64,000 bases of DNA. It comes from Chloroflexota bacterium. GTDB lineage: Bacteria > Chloroflexota > Dehalococcoidia > Lucifugimonadales > JADFKI01. The notes beneath the pieces were generated by a model. It did no database searches. It worked only from the letters and a program-made list of their open reading frames with translations, and was not told where the DNA came from. Shown here piece by piece: positions 53,334 to 63,056 of the stretch (within the stretch, counting starts at the first letter, position 1; every line of letters begins with the position of its first letter). Made by a program: the position numbers and the translations under genes. The stretch covers positions 1 through 64,000 of the forward strand of contig JAQBUT010000006.1 in assembly GCA_027623195.1 (NCBI GenBank), written 5' to 3'.

Positions 53334-54344
53334 ATGTCCACGACGACTGACTGGTTCGATAAGGTACCCAAGGTAGAGCTGCACCTGCATCTGGAGGGGG
53401 CCATTCCTCGTCCTGCGCTGTGGGAGCTTATGCAGAAGTACGGCGGCGACCCTTCCGTGCCGGACATGGAGGCGCTCGACAAAAAATTCACGTATGCAGA
53501 TTTCCCCGAGTTCATTCAGGCGTGGATATGGAAGAACCAGTTCCTGCGGGAGTACGAGGATTTTTCTTATTTCAGCGAGGCCTTTGCGCGTGAACTAGTG
53601 CGACAGAACATTCGATATGCTGAAGCCTTCTTCTCGCCAGTTCGCTTTACCGAGGTTGGTCTGGAAACCAGCAAGCTGTTCGAAGCGGTTCGCCAGGGGC
53701 TGAACAAGGTGCCGGAGGTCGAGGTGGCGTTGATTGCCGACCTGGTGCGGGACTACGGTCCGGAGCAGGCGGTGACGACGCTACAGGAGATCCAGGAGGC
53801 GCGCGACAACGGCATCGTCGGCATAGGCATCGGCGGGTCGGAACACAACTTTCCACCGGAGCTTTTTACCGATGCCTACGACCAGGCTCGTGGGATGGGC
53901 TTTCACGTCACGGCCCACGCAGGCGAGGCTGCGGGAGCAGAAAGCGTCTGGGGAGCTATACGACACCTGAAGGCGGAGCGGATCGGACACGGCGTGCGGT
54001 CCCACGAGGACGAGGCGCTTCTGGACCACCTGGCGGAGTCGAAAATTCCACTGGAGATGTGCCCTCACTCCAACGTCTGCACCCAGATTGTGGATTCGAT
54101 AGAGGCGCACCCGGTTAAGGATTACTTCGACCGCGGCATCATGGTCACCGTGAACACAGACGACCCGGGTATGTTCGGCAACACGCTGTCGGGTGAATTC
54201 CGACTGCTGCACGAACGCCTGGGCTTCTCGCAGGACGAGGTGCGGCAGGTCATCCTCAACGGCATCCAGGCCACGTGGCTGTCGGAAGGGCGGAAGGCCG
54301 CGTTGAAAGCAGAGTTCACTTCGGACGAGGCGTGGGCGGGGTAG
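53334..54344 (+). CDS. add: Adenosine/adenine deaminase
   Basis: 'PKVELHLHLEG', HAGE, RIGHG, 'NTDDP'. Confidence 0.93.
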   Translation: MSTTTDWFDKVPKVELHLHLEGAIPRPALWELMQKYGGDPSVPDMEALDKKFTYADFPEFIQAWIWKNQFLREYEDFSYFSEAFARELVRQNIRYAEAFFSPVRFTEVGLETSKLFEAVRQGLNKVPEVEVALIADLVRDYGPEQAVTTLQEIQEARDNGIVGIGIGGSEHNFPPELFTDAYDQARGMGFHVTAHAGEAAGAESVWGAIRHLKAERIGHGVRSHEDEALLDHLAESKIPLEMCPHSNVCTQIVDSIEAHPVKDYFDRGIMVTVNTDDPGMFGNTLSGEFRLLHERLGFSQDEVRQVILNGIQATWLSEGRKAALKAEFTSDEAWAG

Positions 54345-54346
54345 GT

Positions 54347-55186
54347 CTACCCCTTCCAGCCGACGGCTTCGCAGTGGGCGTTGGCAAAGAACGAGTCCGG
54401 GTGCCGACCGAACTCGCGAATGGCCAGGGCCAACTCATTCATCTTTCGTTCGTCAGCGAGGCCTGACTCAATCACTCTATCAATGAACGCTGGTTCTTCG
54501 CAGGCAGTTGCAAAAATGTCCATCATACTTGTTAGCGATTCCTCCGTCGGATTCTTGTCATATGAACCCTGGGCGAAAAGTCGCTTGAACCCGGCATCAC
54601 GTAGTAGAACTCTTAGCCTCCTACCCATATATGGTGTGCCGCTAACTTTCAGCCAGTCCTCTAAGAAAATGTTCAGGGCCGATCTAAACCGTTTCTCAAC
54701 CGGACCGAACGCCAGCAACCCGCTCGCATCAACATCTCGCACGCCAATCACACCCCCTGGCTTGAGGACTCGCTGCATTTCCTCAAATGCTTTCAGAGGA
54801 TCTTGAAGATGCTCCGGCATGTTGTGGGAGAATACGGCGTCGAAAGTGTTCTCCGGGAACGGAAGTTCATACGCGCTGGCAACTTCGAAGCGGACATTGG
54901 TTACCCCCCGCTCGACAGCGAGTCTCTGTGCCAAAGCAATAGAGCTTTCACCCACGTCTATGCCAATGACCTGCCCAGGAGCAACGCGTTCCGCCAGGCC
55001 CACGGTTATGGAACCAGGGCCGCACCCGCAGTCAAGCAGGCTCATTCCAGGCTTTAAGTAGGGCAGGAAGAAAGCTGCATTGGCCTCGGCCGTCCGGCCA
55101 GCATGGTATTCGGTGGTCATGACCGAATCATAGCTGAAGGCGTATTCGTCTTTTTGAAGGTCTTGGTCGCCGGGGGCATTAGCCAT
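54347..55186 (-). CDS. Class I SAM-dependent methyltransferase
   Basis: 'LLDCGCGPGSIT', 'LPF...TFD', 'RVLKPGG'. Confidence 0.92.
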   Translation of the reverse strand: MANAPGDQDLQKDEYAFSYDSVMTTEYHAGRTAEANAAFFLPYLKPGMSLLDCGCGPGSITVGLAERVAPGQVIGIDVGESSIALAQRLAVERGVTNVRFEVASAYELPFPENTFDAVFSHNMPEHLQDPLKAFEEMQRVLKPGGVIGVRDVDASGLLAFGPVEKRFRSALNIFLEDWLKVSGTPYMGRRLRVLLRDAGFKRLFAQGSYDKNPTEESLTSMMDIFATACEEPAFIDRVIESGLADERKMNELALAIREFGRHPDSFFANAHCEAVGWKG

Positions 55187-55430
55187 TATTCGTCGTCTCC
55201 TTATTACGGATACGTTCTTGCCAGTCTGACGGGCCTGATATAACATCGGGCGCGAAAGGTGTCTGTGAGTGTTTGGAGGCTTCCCTCTCTATTCATCAAC
55301 GCAGCAATCCCCATCTAGAAGGAAGGGAATAATTCCCTGACAATTAATGGCACCCTCACAACTTAACTCTGTAAGGACGGCTTTCGCGCAGATAAAACAC
55401 TGAAATCCACATGAAAGGCCACACAGAACA

Positions 55431-56612
55431 ATGACAGACCTACTACTCAAAGGCGGCGAGGTAATCGACCCGGCGCAGAACATCAGGGCAAAGCTGGACG
55501 TTGCCGTCAAGGACGGCGTCATCAGTCAGGTTGCGGCGGACATCGACCCCAGCGGATTCGCGCAGGTTATCAACGTCGCGGGCAACATCGTCATACCCGG
55601 CATGATCGACCTGCACACCCACGTCTACGAGGGCGTGAACCAGACGGGCGTAAGTCCGGATATCGCCGGCGTGCGCTCAGGCGTCACCACCGTGGTCGAT
55701 GCTGGAAGCTCAGGCTGCTACAGCTTCGGCGGATTTCCAAAGTTTGTTGTGCCTAACAACAAGACACGCATCGTCTGCATGCTGCACATCTCCCGCGTCG
55801 GCCTTATCTACCAGCCAGACACGGCCAGCCGCGCGGACATCGATGTGGAAGAAACAGTACGGGTAATCAAGGCCAACAGGCCGCTTATCCAGGGCGTCAA
55901 AATACGCGCAGTGGGTCCAGGGGTTCGGGACATGGGCATCGAGATGATCAAGCTGGCCAAGCAGGCCGCCACAGAGGGAGGCGTTCGCCTCATGGTGCAC
56001 ATCGGCGACAGGACCATCGCGAGCGGCGGCGGCCCCACTCTTACGCAAGAGCTACTGCCACTGCTGGAAAAGGGCGACATCATCACTCACCTGTTCAGCG
56101 GCAACCCAGGACGCATCGTTGGTGACGACGGCAAGGTCATTCCAGAGATTCTGGAGGCACAGGAGCGCGGTGTCTTCCTGGACACGGCCCACGGCAGACA
56201 AAACTTCAGCTTCGATGTCGCCAAGAGAGCGGTGGAAGGGGGCGTGAAGCCTCTGAGTATCAGCACCGACCTGACTATCCCCGGACGGCAACTCACTGTT
56301 CACAGTATGACGGAGATGCTCTCTCGGTTTTTGGCGCTGGGCTTCCCGCTGGAAGAGGTAGTACGCATGTCCACCATCAACCCGGCCTCGGCACTGAACA
56401 TGCAGGACACGCTGGGCACTCTGCAGGTTGGCCGTTTGGCCGACATCAGCGTCCTAAAGGAAGAGACAGGCGACTGGGTCTTCCACGACACCCAGGGCGA
56501 CACCCTCAGAGGCGACAAGGCGATGGTGCCGGTGGTGACGATCAAAGACGGCGAGGTCTTCGCTCCCGACTGGGGCCCCCGCCCATGGGGATGGTTGCCG
56601 GATTCGGCATAA
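55431..56612 (+). CDS. Amidohydrolase/deacetylase family metallohydrolase (dihydroorotase-like)
   Basis: 'PGMIDLHTH', 'GVTTVVDAGS', 'MVHIG', 'GDIITH', 'ISTDL'. Confidence 0.9.
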   Translation: MTDLLLKGGEVIDPAQNIRAKLDVAVKDGVISQVAADIDPSGFAQVINVAGNIVIPGMIDLHTHVYEGVNQTGVSPDIAGVRSGVTTVVDAGSSGCYSFGGFPKFVVPNNKTRIVCMLHISRVGLIYQPDTASRADIDVEETVRVIKANRPLIQGVKIRAVGPGVRDMGIEMIKLAKQAATEGGVRLMVHIGDRTIASGGGPTLTQELLPLLEKGDIITHLFSGNPGRIVGDDGKVIPEILEAQERGVFLDTAHGRQNFSFDVAKRAVEGGVKPLSISTDLTIPGRQLTVHSMTEMLSRFLALGFPLEEVVRMSTINPASALNMQDTLGTLQVGRLADISVLKEETGDWVFHDTQGDTLRGDKAMVPVVTIKDGEVFAPDWGPRPWGWLPDSA

Positions 56613-56652
56613 CAGCCACCCCGCTCATTAGCACAGCCAAATATGCGAAAAT

Positions 56653-56679
56653 ACAGGGCAGGCCGAAAACCTGCCCTGT
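56653..56679. repeat. GGGCAGG...CCTGCCC palindrome
   Basis: acagggcagg-ccgaaaa-cctgccctgt; same arms as 31382-31412. Confidence 0.6.
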
Positions 56680-56711
56680 GTTTTGCAGTTTCTTGTTTAT
56701 GGAGTGAAAGA

Positions 56712-57500
56712 GTGACAGACAACATCCTTGTAGAAAAGGCCGACGGTATCGCCACAGTGACGTTCAACCGGCCCGACCAGCGCAACGCCATAGAATACCT
56801 CGGCTGGCTGGAATTGAAGCGCATTGCAATCGAGTTGGAGCGTGACGAAGAGGTCAGGGTAGTGGTCTTCACTGGCGCGGGCGACAAGGCGTTCTCCGCT
56901 GGCGCAGACATAAAGGACTTCGAACTTTACCGCAGCAACTCGAAGATTGCAGAGGTTTACGCCGACGCCTTCGACGGGGCCATGGACGAGGTGGAAGCCA
57001 TGTCCAAACCTACCATTTCTATGATTCAGGGCTTCTGCGTCGGCGGGGGATGCGAGTTCTCCATGGCAACAGACATACGCATTGCGGCCGAGGGCAGCAC
57101 CTTCGGTATACCCATCGCTCGCCTGGGCATCCTTGTGGGCTACGGCGAGATGCGAAGGCTGGTCACGCTGGTCGGCCCCGGCAACGCGTCGTACATACTG
57201 CTTAGCGGCAGACTCATCGAAACGCAGGAGGCCAACGACATGGGCCTGCTAACCAAGGTTGTTCCGGTGAATGAGCTAAACAAGTACACCTACAAGCTGG
57301 CTGGCGAAATGGCTGAGTTGGCGCCCCTGTCACACGCCCGCAACAAACGCATACGCGACATAGTGCTGCGCAACACCCGGCCTACAGGCCTTTCGCCAAA
57401 CGAGGAACGCCTGCCGTATACCAACTTCGACAGCGCAGATTTTCACGAGGGCCGCAAAGCCTTCATCGAGAGAAGAAAGCCCAAGTTTACCGGACTGTAA
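56712..57500 (+). CDS. Enoyl-CoA hydratase/isomerase family protein
   Basis: 'NRP..RNA', 'AFSAGADI', 'GFCVGGG.E', 'DF.EG..AF.ERRKP.F'. Confidence 0.93.
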   Translation: MTDNILVEKADGIATVTFNRPDQRNAIEYLGWLELKRIAIELERDEEVRVVVFTGAGDKAFSAGADIKDFELYRSNSKIAEVYADAFDGAMDEVEAMSKPTISMIQGFCVGGGCEFSMATDIRIAAEGSTFGIPIARLGILVGYGEMRRLVTLVGPGNASYILLSGRLIETQEANDMGLLTKVVPVNELNKYTYKLAGEMAELAPLSHARNKRIRDIVLRNTRPTGLSPNEERLPYTNFDSADFHEGRKAFIERRKPKFTGL

Positions 57501-57552
57501 GGGCCTTCCCACACATACAAGAGAACGAAAGATTCATAATCGGAGCTTAGAA

Positions 57553-58749
57553 ATGACTAACGCACTGCCCTTGGATGGAATCACCGTAGTGGACTTCAGC
57601 CAGATACTAGCCGGACCGTTCTGCACCATGATGCTGGCTGACATGGGAGCCGATGTAATCAAGGTGGAGAAGCCCAATGGTGGAGACGACACCCGCCGCT
57701 ACGGGCCACCCTTCATCAATGGTGAATCGGCTGCGTTCCTAACGCTGAACCGCAATAAGCGCAGCATGATCCTGGACCTGAAGCAGGAAGACGGCATCCG
57801 TATCGCAAAGCAGATGCTGAGCCAGGCCGACGTTATGGTCCACAACTTTCGCCCCGGCGTAATTGACCGCATGGGCCTGGGCTACAAGGACGTCCATGAA
57901 CTCAATCCGGCCATCGTCTACTGCACGGTATCGGGCTTCGGCACCACAGGGCCGTACGCCTCCAAGGCGGGCTTCGACCTCATCGCACAGGGCATGAGCG
58001 GCCTCATGAGCGTCAACGGGTTCCCAGATGCGCCGCCGGCCAAGATCGGCGTACCAATTGCTGACCTGAACACAGGCATGTTCGCGGCTTTCGGCGTCCT
58101 GACGGCGTACGTTAATCGACTGAAGACAGGGCAGGGCCAGCATGTGGACGCCGCGCTCCTGGATTCGGGCATCGCATACTCGCTGTACGAGTCGGCGACC
58201 TACTTCGCCACAAACGAGGTCTCTGGGCCACTAGGCTCAGCGCATCGCATGATCGCCCCCTATCAGGCCTTCGCCACAAAGGACGGCTACCTCAACTTGG
58301 GCGCAGCCAACCAGAACAACTGGCAGCGCATGTGCACAGCAGTAGGCCGGTTGGACTTACTGGAGGACGAACGCTTTGCCTCCAACGCAGAGCGCATGGT
58401 GCATATAGAGGATTTGACTCCTATCATGGAGCAGACATTCAAGAGCGAGACCACTGCCCATTGGGTAGAACTTCTGGAGGGCGCTGGCGTACCGACAGGG
58501 CCGATCTACAAAGTGGACGAAGTCTACGCCGACCCACATGTTCAGGCCCGCAATATGGCCGTCGAGGTGGAGCACCCGATTGCAGGGCACATTCGCAACA
58601 TCGGCGTGCCTGTAAAGCTATCCGAAACTCCCGGCTCCGTGCGCGTGGCAGCGCCTGTGCTTGGCGCGGATACAGACGACGTCCTGATCCAGTTCGGGTT
58701 TTCTGAGTCCGAAATAGCTGGGTTCAAGGAAAGCGGGGCGGCAAGCTAA
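57553..58749 (+). CDS. CaiB/BaiF family III CoA-transferase
   Basis: 'LAGPFCT..LAD.GADVIKVE', 'NRNKRS', 'NFRPG'. Confidence 0.95.
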   Translation: MTNALPLDGITVVDFSQILAGPFCTMMLADMGADVIKVEKPNGGDDTRRYGPPFINGESAAFLTLNRNKRSMILDLKQEDGIRIAKQMLSQADVMVHNFRPGVIDRMGLGYKDVHELNPAIVYCTVSGFGTTGPYASKAGFDLIAQGMSGLMSVNGFPDAPPAKIGVPIADLNTGMFAAFGVLTAYVNRLKTGQGQHVDAALLDSGIAYSLYESATYFATNEVSGPLGSAHRMIAPYQAFATKDGYLNLGAANQNNWQRMCTAVGRLDLLEDERFASNAERMVHIEDLTPIMEQTFKSETTAHWVELLEGAGVPTGPIYKVDEVYADPHVQARNMAVEVEHPIAGHIRNIGVPVKLSETPGSVRVAAPVLGADTDDVLIQFGFSESEIAGFKESGAAS

Positions 58750-58797
58750 CGTTAGAATGCGCTATATCATTATCCGAACGAATGGGAGGATAAAAGA

Positions 58798-59583
58798 GTG
58801 CCATACGTCAGAAGTGGAAACGCGGAAATCTACTACGAGGTACACGGCGAAGGTCCGCCTATAACCTTTAGCCACGGCGCAGGTGGCAACACGCTGGTCT
58901 GGTACAACCAGGTGCCATACTTTGCCAAAGACCACACTGTGCTGACCTTCGATCACAGAGGGTGGGGCCGGTCCCAATGCAAGCGCGAGGACAAGCACGC
59001 AAAATTCTTCGCCGACGACCTCAAGGCCGTACTAGACGACGCAGGCATAGAGCGGACGGCGCTGGTATGCCAGTCAATGGGCGGCTGGACGGGAATGCAC
59101 TTCACACTGGATAATCCAGGCCGAGTCTCATGCATCGTGCTTTCTGGCACGCCAGGGGGTATCGCTACTCCAAGAGTAATCGAAGCAAGAGCAGCCAGGG
59201 CGCGCAGTCGCACCATCGATCTGGACAGACCCATACCATGGAACGAGCCTCACCTGGCTCTAGCAGCCGACGCATTCCAACGCGACCCAAGCATGGCGTT
59301 TATGTACCGCCTTCTGGCAGGACTAAACCCACCCATCGGCGATACCGGCACTGGCGACATGGGAATCTCGCCGAGCAGACTTGACGGCTATGCGATCCCC
59401 ACACTGATGATATCCGGCAGCCAGGACCGCATATTTCCACCGGACATTCTTGAAGATGTTTCCAAGGTAATTCCGGGAGCCCAGCTACACAGCATTCCAC
59501 AGGCAGGCCACTCGCCATATTTTGAGACACCTGAGGAGTTCAACCGTGTGGTAGGAGAGTTCGTGGGGAAGTACGGGGGATAG
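58798..59583 (+). CDS. Alpha/beta hydrolase
   Basis: 'HGAGGN', 'DHRGWGRS', QSMGG nucleophile, 'AGHSPY'. Confidence 0.92.
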   Translation: MPYVRSGNAEIYYEVHGEGPPITFSHGAGGNTLVWYNQVPYFAKDHTVLTFDHRGWGRSQCKREDKHAKFFADDLKAVLDDAGIERTALVCQSMGGWTGMHFTLDNPGRVSCIVLSGTPGGIATPRVIEARAARARSRTIDLDRPIPWNEPHLALAADAFQRDPSMAFMYRLLAGLNPPIGDTGTGDMGISPSRLDGYAIPTLMISGSQDRIFPPDILEDVSKVIPGAQLHSIPQAGHSPYFETPEEFNRVVGEFVGKYGG

Positions 59584-59692
59584 GTTTGGCTGCAGTCATG
59601 ACATGTACGGCATGTTGATGTGGAAGAGCCTGGGGATTTATAGATAACCTGTCGCTATTATCAGGACGAGGCGAAGACTTGATATATATATA

Positions 59693-59731
59693 CAAAGCCC
59701 CACACTGGATCAGATCCGGTGTGAGGCTTTG
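59693..59731. terminator. Hairpin between convergent genes
   Basis: caaagccccacactggatc-a-gatccggtgtgaggctttg. Confidence 0.7.
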
Positions 59732-59819
59732 CTGAATCTTGAACTTAAGAAACTGTTGGGAAGCAGACCCTTTTAAGCTTATTAACTAAGCTTTAAAAAG
59801 CCCATGTCCCTCAGGCTCA

Positions 59820-60149
59820 TTATCGGTAGGAACTGCTGCCTGAGCGTTGCTGGCTAAAGCAGTCGCTGCAGTAAACAGGCTTGTCGCCTCGGGGCAGGAA
59901 AGGCACTTCGGTGTCCTTGCCACATTGGGCACAGACAGCTGGGTGCATTTCGCGAGGTCCTGAACGGAATCCTCCGCCCATTCCTCCTCCTCCGCCGCCG
60001 CCATTGTTGCGTCGCGCCTGTCGGCAGGATGTGCAACGCTTTGGCTCGTTCGTGTAGCCCTTGTCGGCGTGATATTGCTGATCGTCAGCGGTGAATACGA
60101 AACTCTGATTACACTCTACGCATGTTAGGTCTCTATCTTGATAAGACAG
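59820..60149 (-). CDS. Zinc-ribbon / CxxC-x17-CxxC domain protein (apparent CTG start)
   Basis: 'YQDRDLTCVEC...F.FT..DQ....KG..NEPKRC..CR', Gly-rich linker, 'CAQCGK...VPF.P..DKPVYCSDCF'. Confidence 0.92.
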   Translation of the reverse strand: MSYQDRDLTCVECNQSFVFTADDQQYHADKGYTNEPKRCTSCRQARRNNGGGGGGGMGGGFRSGPREMHPAVCAQCGKDTEVPFLPRGDKPVYCSDCFSQQRSGSSSYR

Positions 60150-60328
60150 TGGAAATCTCCTCTTATAGGAAAAAATTGGACTACAGACGATCACCAGGAA
60201 GTTTGCCTTACGGACAATAATCACGGAGACAGTTGTGCAGAACTATTACTAGCATAGCATACGTTTGAGATTTTCGATAGGAATATTTTGGCATTGAACC
60301 AAATGTCGAGATAAAATGGTCCAAAAAG

Positions 60329-60982
60329 CTACATTGGCAATACGTAAGCCGCAACCACAAGGTAAAACATACTGCTGGCCATGACTACCATCAAATGAAA
60401 AACCTCATGAAAGCCAAATGCCTGTGGAAACGGATTGGGCCAGCGAAACAGGTACATAAGGCTTCCCAAGGTGTAGGTCAGACCGCCGGCGGTCAACAGA
60501 AAGTTGGCTTCAATTGGCAGCGCATTTGCGATCTGCACAAAGGGAATGAGACCAATCCACCCTATTAATATATATATGCTCACCCCCAACCAGCGAGGGG
60601 CCTGCGGCAAGGTCAATTTCAATATTATCCCAATACCTGCCAATCCCCACACCACCGACAAGATCGAAATACCCCATGCGTTATCCAGTATCTTCAGTGC
60701 AAAAGGCGTGTAAGTGCCCCCGATAAGAAAGAATATCATCGAGTGGTCAAACCTTCTTAGAACACCGAGGTGGCTGGACTCCAGGGGAGTAAGGTGATAC
60801 ATCGCGCTGGCTGTATACATGAGGATCAGACTGGTTCCAAATACGGCGGCCCCGGCATAGCCCTGCGGGGAATCCGCAATTAGAAGTAACAGCACCAGAG
60901 CAAATGGCGTGACAATAGCGGCAACGAGGTGGAGGTAGCCCCTCAACAGGGGACGAGTCGCCGAATTTATACGAGCATCCAT
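60329..60982 (-). CDS. Hemolysin III / TrhA (PAQR) family membrane protein
   Basis: 'LRGYLH', 'SAMYH', 'RRFDH.MIF..I.GTYTP', 'GFHEVFH'. Confidence 0.93.
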   Translation of the reverse strand: MDARINSATRPLLRGYLHLVAAIVTPFALVLLLLIADSPQGYAGAAVFGTSLILMYTASAMYHLTPLESSHLGVLRRFDHSMIFFLIGGTYTPFALKILDNAWGISILSVVWGLAGIGIILKLTLPQAPRWLGVSIYILIGWIGLIPFVQIANALPIEANFLLTAGGLTYTLGSLMYLFRWPNPFPQAFGFHEVFHLMVVMASSMFYLVVAAYVLPM

Positions 60983-61196
60983 TTACCAATTCCGCCTGGC
61001 CGGAGGATTCACCAACTCCACAAGCTTACTAGATTTCGGTGGCTCAGTGCTTCCCCCAAAATAGCTAAAATCATCAACGAACCGGTGGCGGGGGCCTGTC
61101 ATTCAAGGCGTTTTTACTACAAGATTGCAATATGTGCACATAGATATTATAATGGGATATATTGAATACATTCACAATAGAGTATTATAATAATAT

Positions 61197-61685
61197 ATGC
61201 ATACACTAAATACGGAGCAATCGGTTGATTCTCTGAGCCTCTCCTTAATAGAGGCTCTTGGTAGTTTCGAGAGGGCTTATGCCAGATGGGTTGAGGCCCC
61301 TCTCCAGAATAGCGACCTGACCTATGCCCGCATTAGGTTGCTTGGCGTTTTAAGCCGCAAGGGTCCTCAAATCATGAGCGCCCTCAGTGATGAGCTTATT
61401 GTGAGTCCTCGCAACATCACTGCGCTGGTGGACGCCTTAGAAGCCTCTGCTCTGGCACGACGCAGCCCGCACCCCACCGACCGTAGGGCCACTGTAATTG
61501 AGCTTACCCCGAAGGGTATGGAAACCTGCAGCACCATGTACACGAAACACGCCTTCGCTGTATCGGAGCTGTTCTCCAACTTTTCCACACATGATCAAGG
61601 GGAACTTCTCCGCCTATTGAATCTAATGGGTACCGAACTGGAACGCAGAGGGATAATCGACGAATATCCCCGGAACGACGCCTAG
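61197..61685 (+). CDS. MarR family transcriptional regulator
   Basis: 'RNITALVDALE..LARR..HPTDRRAT.IELT..G'. Confidence 0.92.
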   Translation: MHTLNTEQSVDSLSLSLIEALGSFERAYARWVEAPLQNSDLTYARIRLLGVLSRKGPQIMSALSDELIVSPRNITALVDALEASALARRSPHPTDRRATVIELTPKGMETCSTMYTKHAFAVSELFSNFSTHDQGELLRLLNLMGTELERRGIIDEYPRNDA

Positions 61686-61769
61686 TATGTGCCATACCTG
61701 CTATCGGTCCCTTTTATGTACGCCAGACAAAACCACCGATCGTTCAAACGTTCGGATAGGTCGTTCCAA

Positions 61770-62365
61770 ATGTATTTGATGCGGAGAATCTTAGGTGGTT
61801 CGAATCGCGAAAAACCCAGCGTATGCCCTTACTGCAGCGTTCAGCTAGATGCGCGTCCAACTCGAAGTAAGGTGTGTGCGTCATGTAGTGCAACGATATA
61901 CGCCAGGCGTGGCAACCGTGGTCTTCTCACTGAAGAGCAGTCCCTGAAGCTCGACGAGAGCTCAGAAGGTGACCTGAAGCTGGGAAGTGATCCCAGATGG
62001 CAGAAGCTTAACGCCAACCTAAAGAAGGCAACATCCAGCTCCTACTTGGAACTGATGAAGATGCTTTACTTTCAGATGTCTATTCAGCAGCACGAAGCTG
62101 GTCGAGACAATTATCAGTTTGCTTTGGAGTCGCGAAAGTCATATTTACTTTTGCTCCAGGAGTTAGGACTCGATAGGACGCGGGCTGAGACGAAGACCGT
62201 CAAAGGCGATGCCTGTGGCGAATGCAGACCTTAACAGGGAAGGGCTTCACCATAGAGCAGGCTCTGACATCTGCTCCCTTACCCGTGAAGGTCTGCTCAA
62301 ATATGAAAAATATCGACTCTCCGCTTGGTCTATGTCGTTGTTACTACGCGACAATCAACTTCTAA
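61770..62365 (+). pseudogene. Frameshifted Cys-rich protein with a MuF-like C-terminal motif
   Basis: ORF stops at CGECRP* (62234); the -1 frame continues LTGKGFTIEQALTSAPLPVKVC...GLCRCYY* to 62365. Confidence 0.65.
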
Positions 62366-62425
62366 TCATTTACGCGCGTAACGCCGAAGAATTCACGTCC
62401 GTTATAAATTAAGGAGGCAATTCAA

Positions 62426-62731
62426 GTGTCGTGGCAATTTTGGAAAACCCAAAACAACGTCGGAATCATACCTGAGCGTATGGCTAGGCAGCTAAGCTGG
62501 CGCTTCAAGCTCAGTGAGGAGACCATGAAAGGGCTCCAACATGCGTCTATGGCAGGGCCAACCAAATCCCTTCTGATCCGAGTGTTTGATCCGAAGTTAC
62601 TGGCAAATGGCTCCCCGGTTATCCAACAGTATGGCGATTTGGATTCACAGCCGTCAGCCATACAGTTCGAATGCAGTTGGAATCCAGGTGGAAGCAAGAT
62701 GGAAAACGTCGTGGATCTCCGTCCCGCTTAA
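62426..62731 (+). CDS. Hypothetical protein
   Basis: Strong TAAGGAGG RBS before GTG. Confidence 0.7.
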   Translation: MSWQFWKTQNNVGIIPERMARQLSWRFKLSEETMKGLQHASMAGPTKSLLIRVFDPKLLANGSPVIQQYGDLDSQPSAIQFECSWNPGGSKMENVVDLRPA

Positions 62732-62764
62732 TACCAGTAGAGTCCACTATCAGGAGTAAAACCC

Positions 62765-62965
62765 ATGTCAGAAACGAGCGGAATTACGGAGTGCATGGTC
62801 TGCGGAGAGCATTCCGACCAGTCCTGCCTGTGGTGTGTCAAACCACTCCATCGTCATAATGGGTATCAGGGCAGCGCCGATCAGGTGGAGTTCACCCAGT
62901 GCTGGACCCGTCATCAGATGGAATGCCTAGACAGCACCGACCAGCTGAAACCTCAGCCTGCCTAA
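62765..62965 (+). CDS. Small Cys/His zinc-finger protein
   Basis: AGGAG RBS; CxxC-x7-CxxC...CWxxHxxxC. Confidence 0.65.
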   Translation: MSETSGITECMVCGEHSDQSCLWCVKPLHRHNGYQGSADQVEFTQCWTRHQMECLDSTDQLKPQPA

Positions 62966-63056
62966 GGGGCACGAGCGCGAGGAATCTAAAGAAGGCACAT
63001 TGGCCATTAGATTCCTCGCACGCCTCAAGTCACATTGGGACATAGACGCCGAGTGC

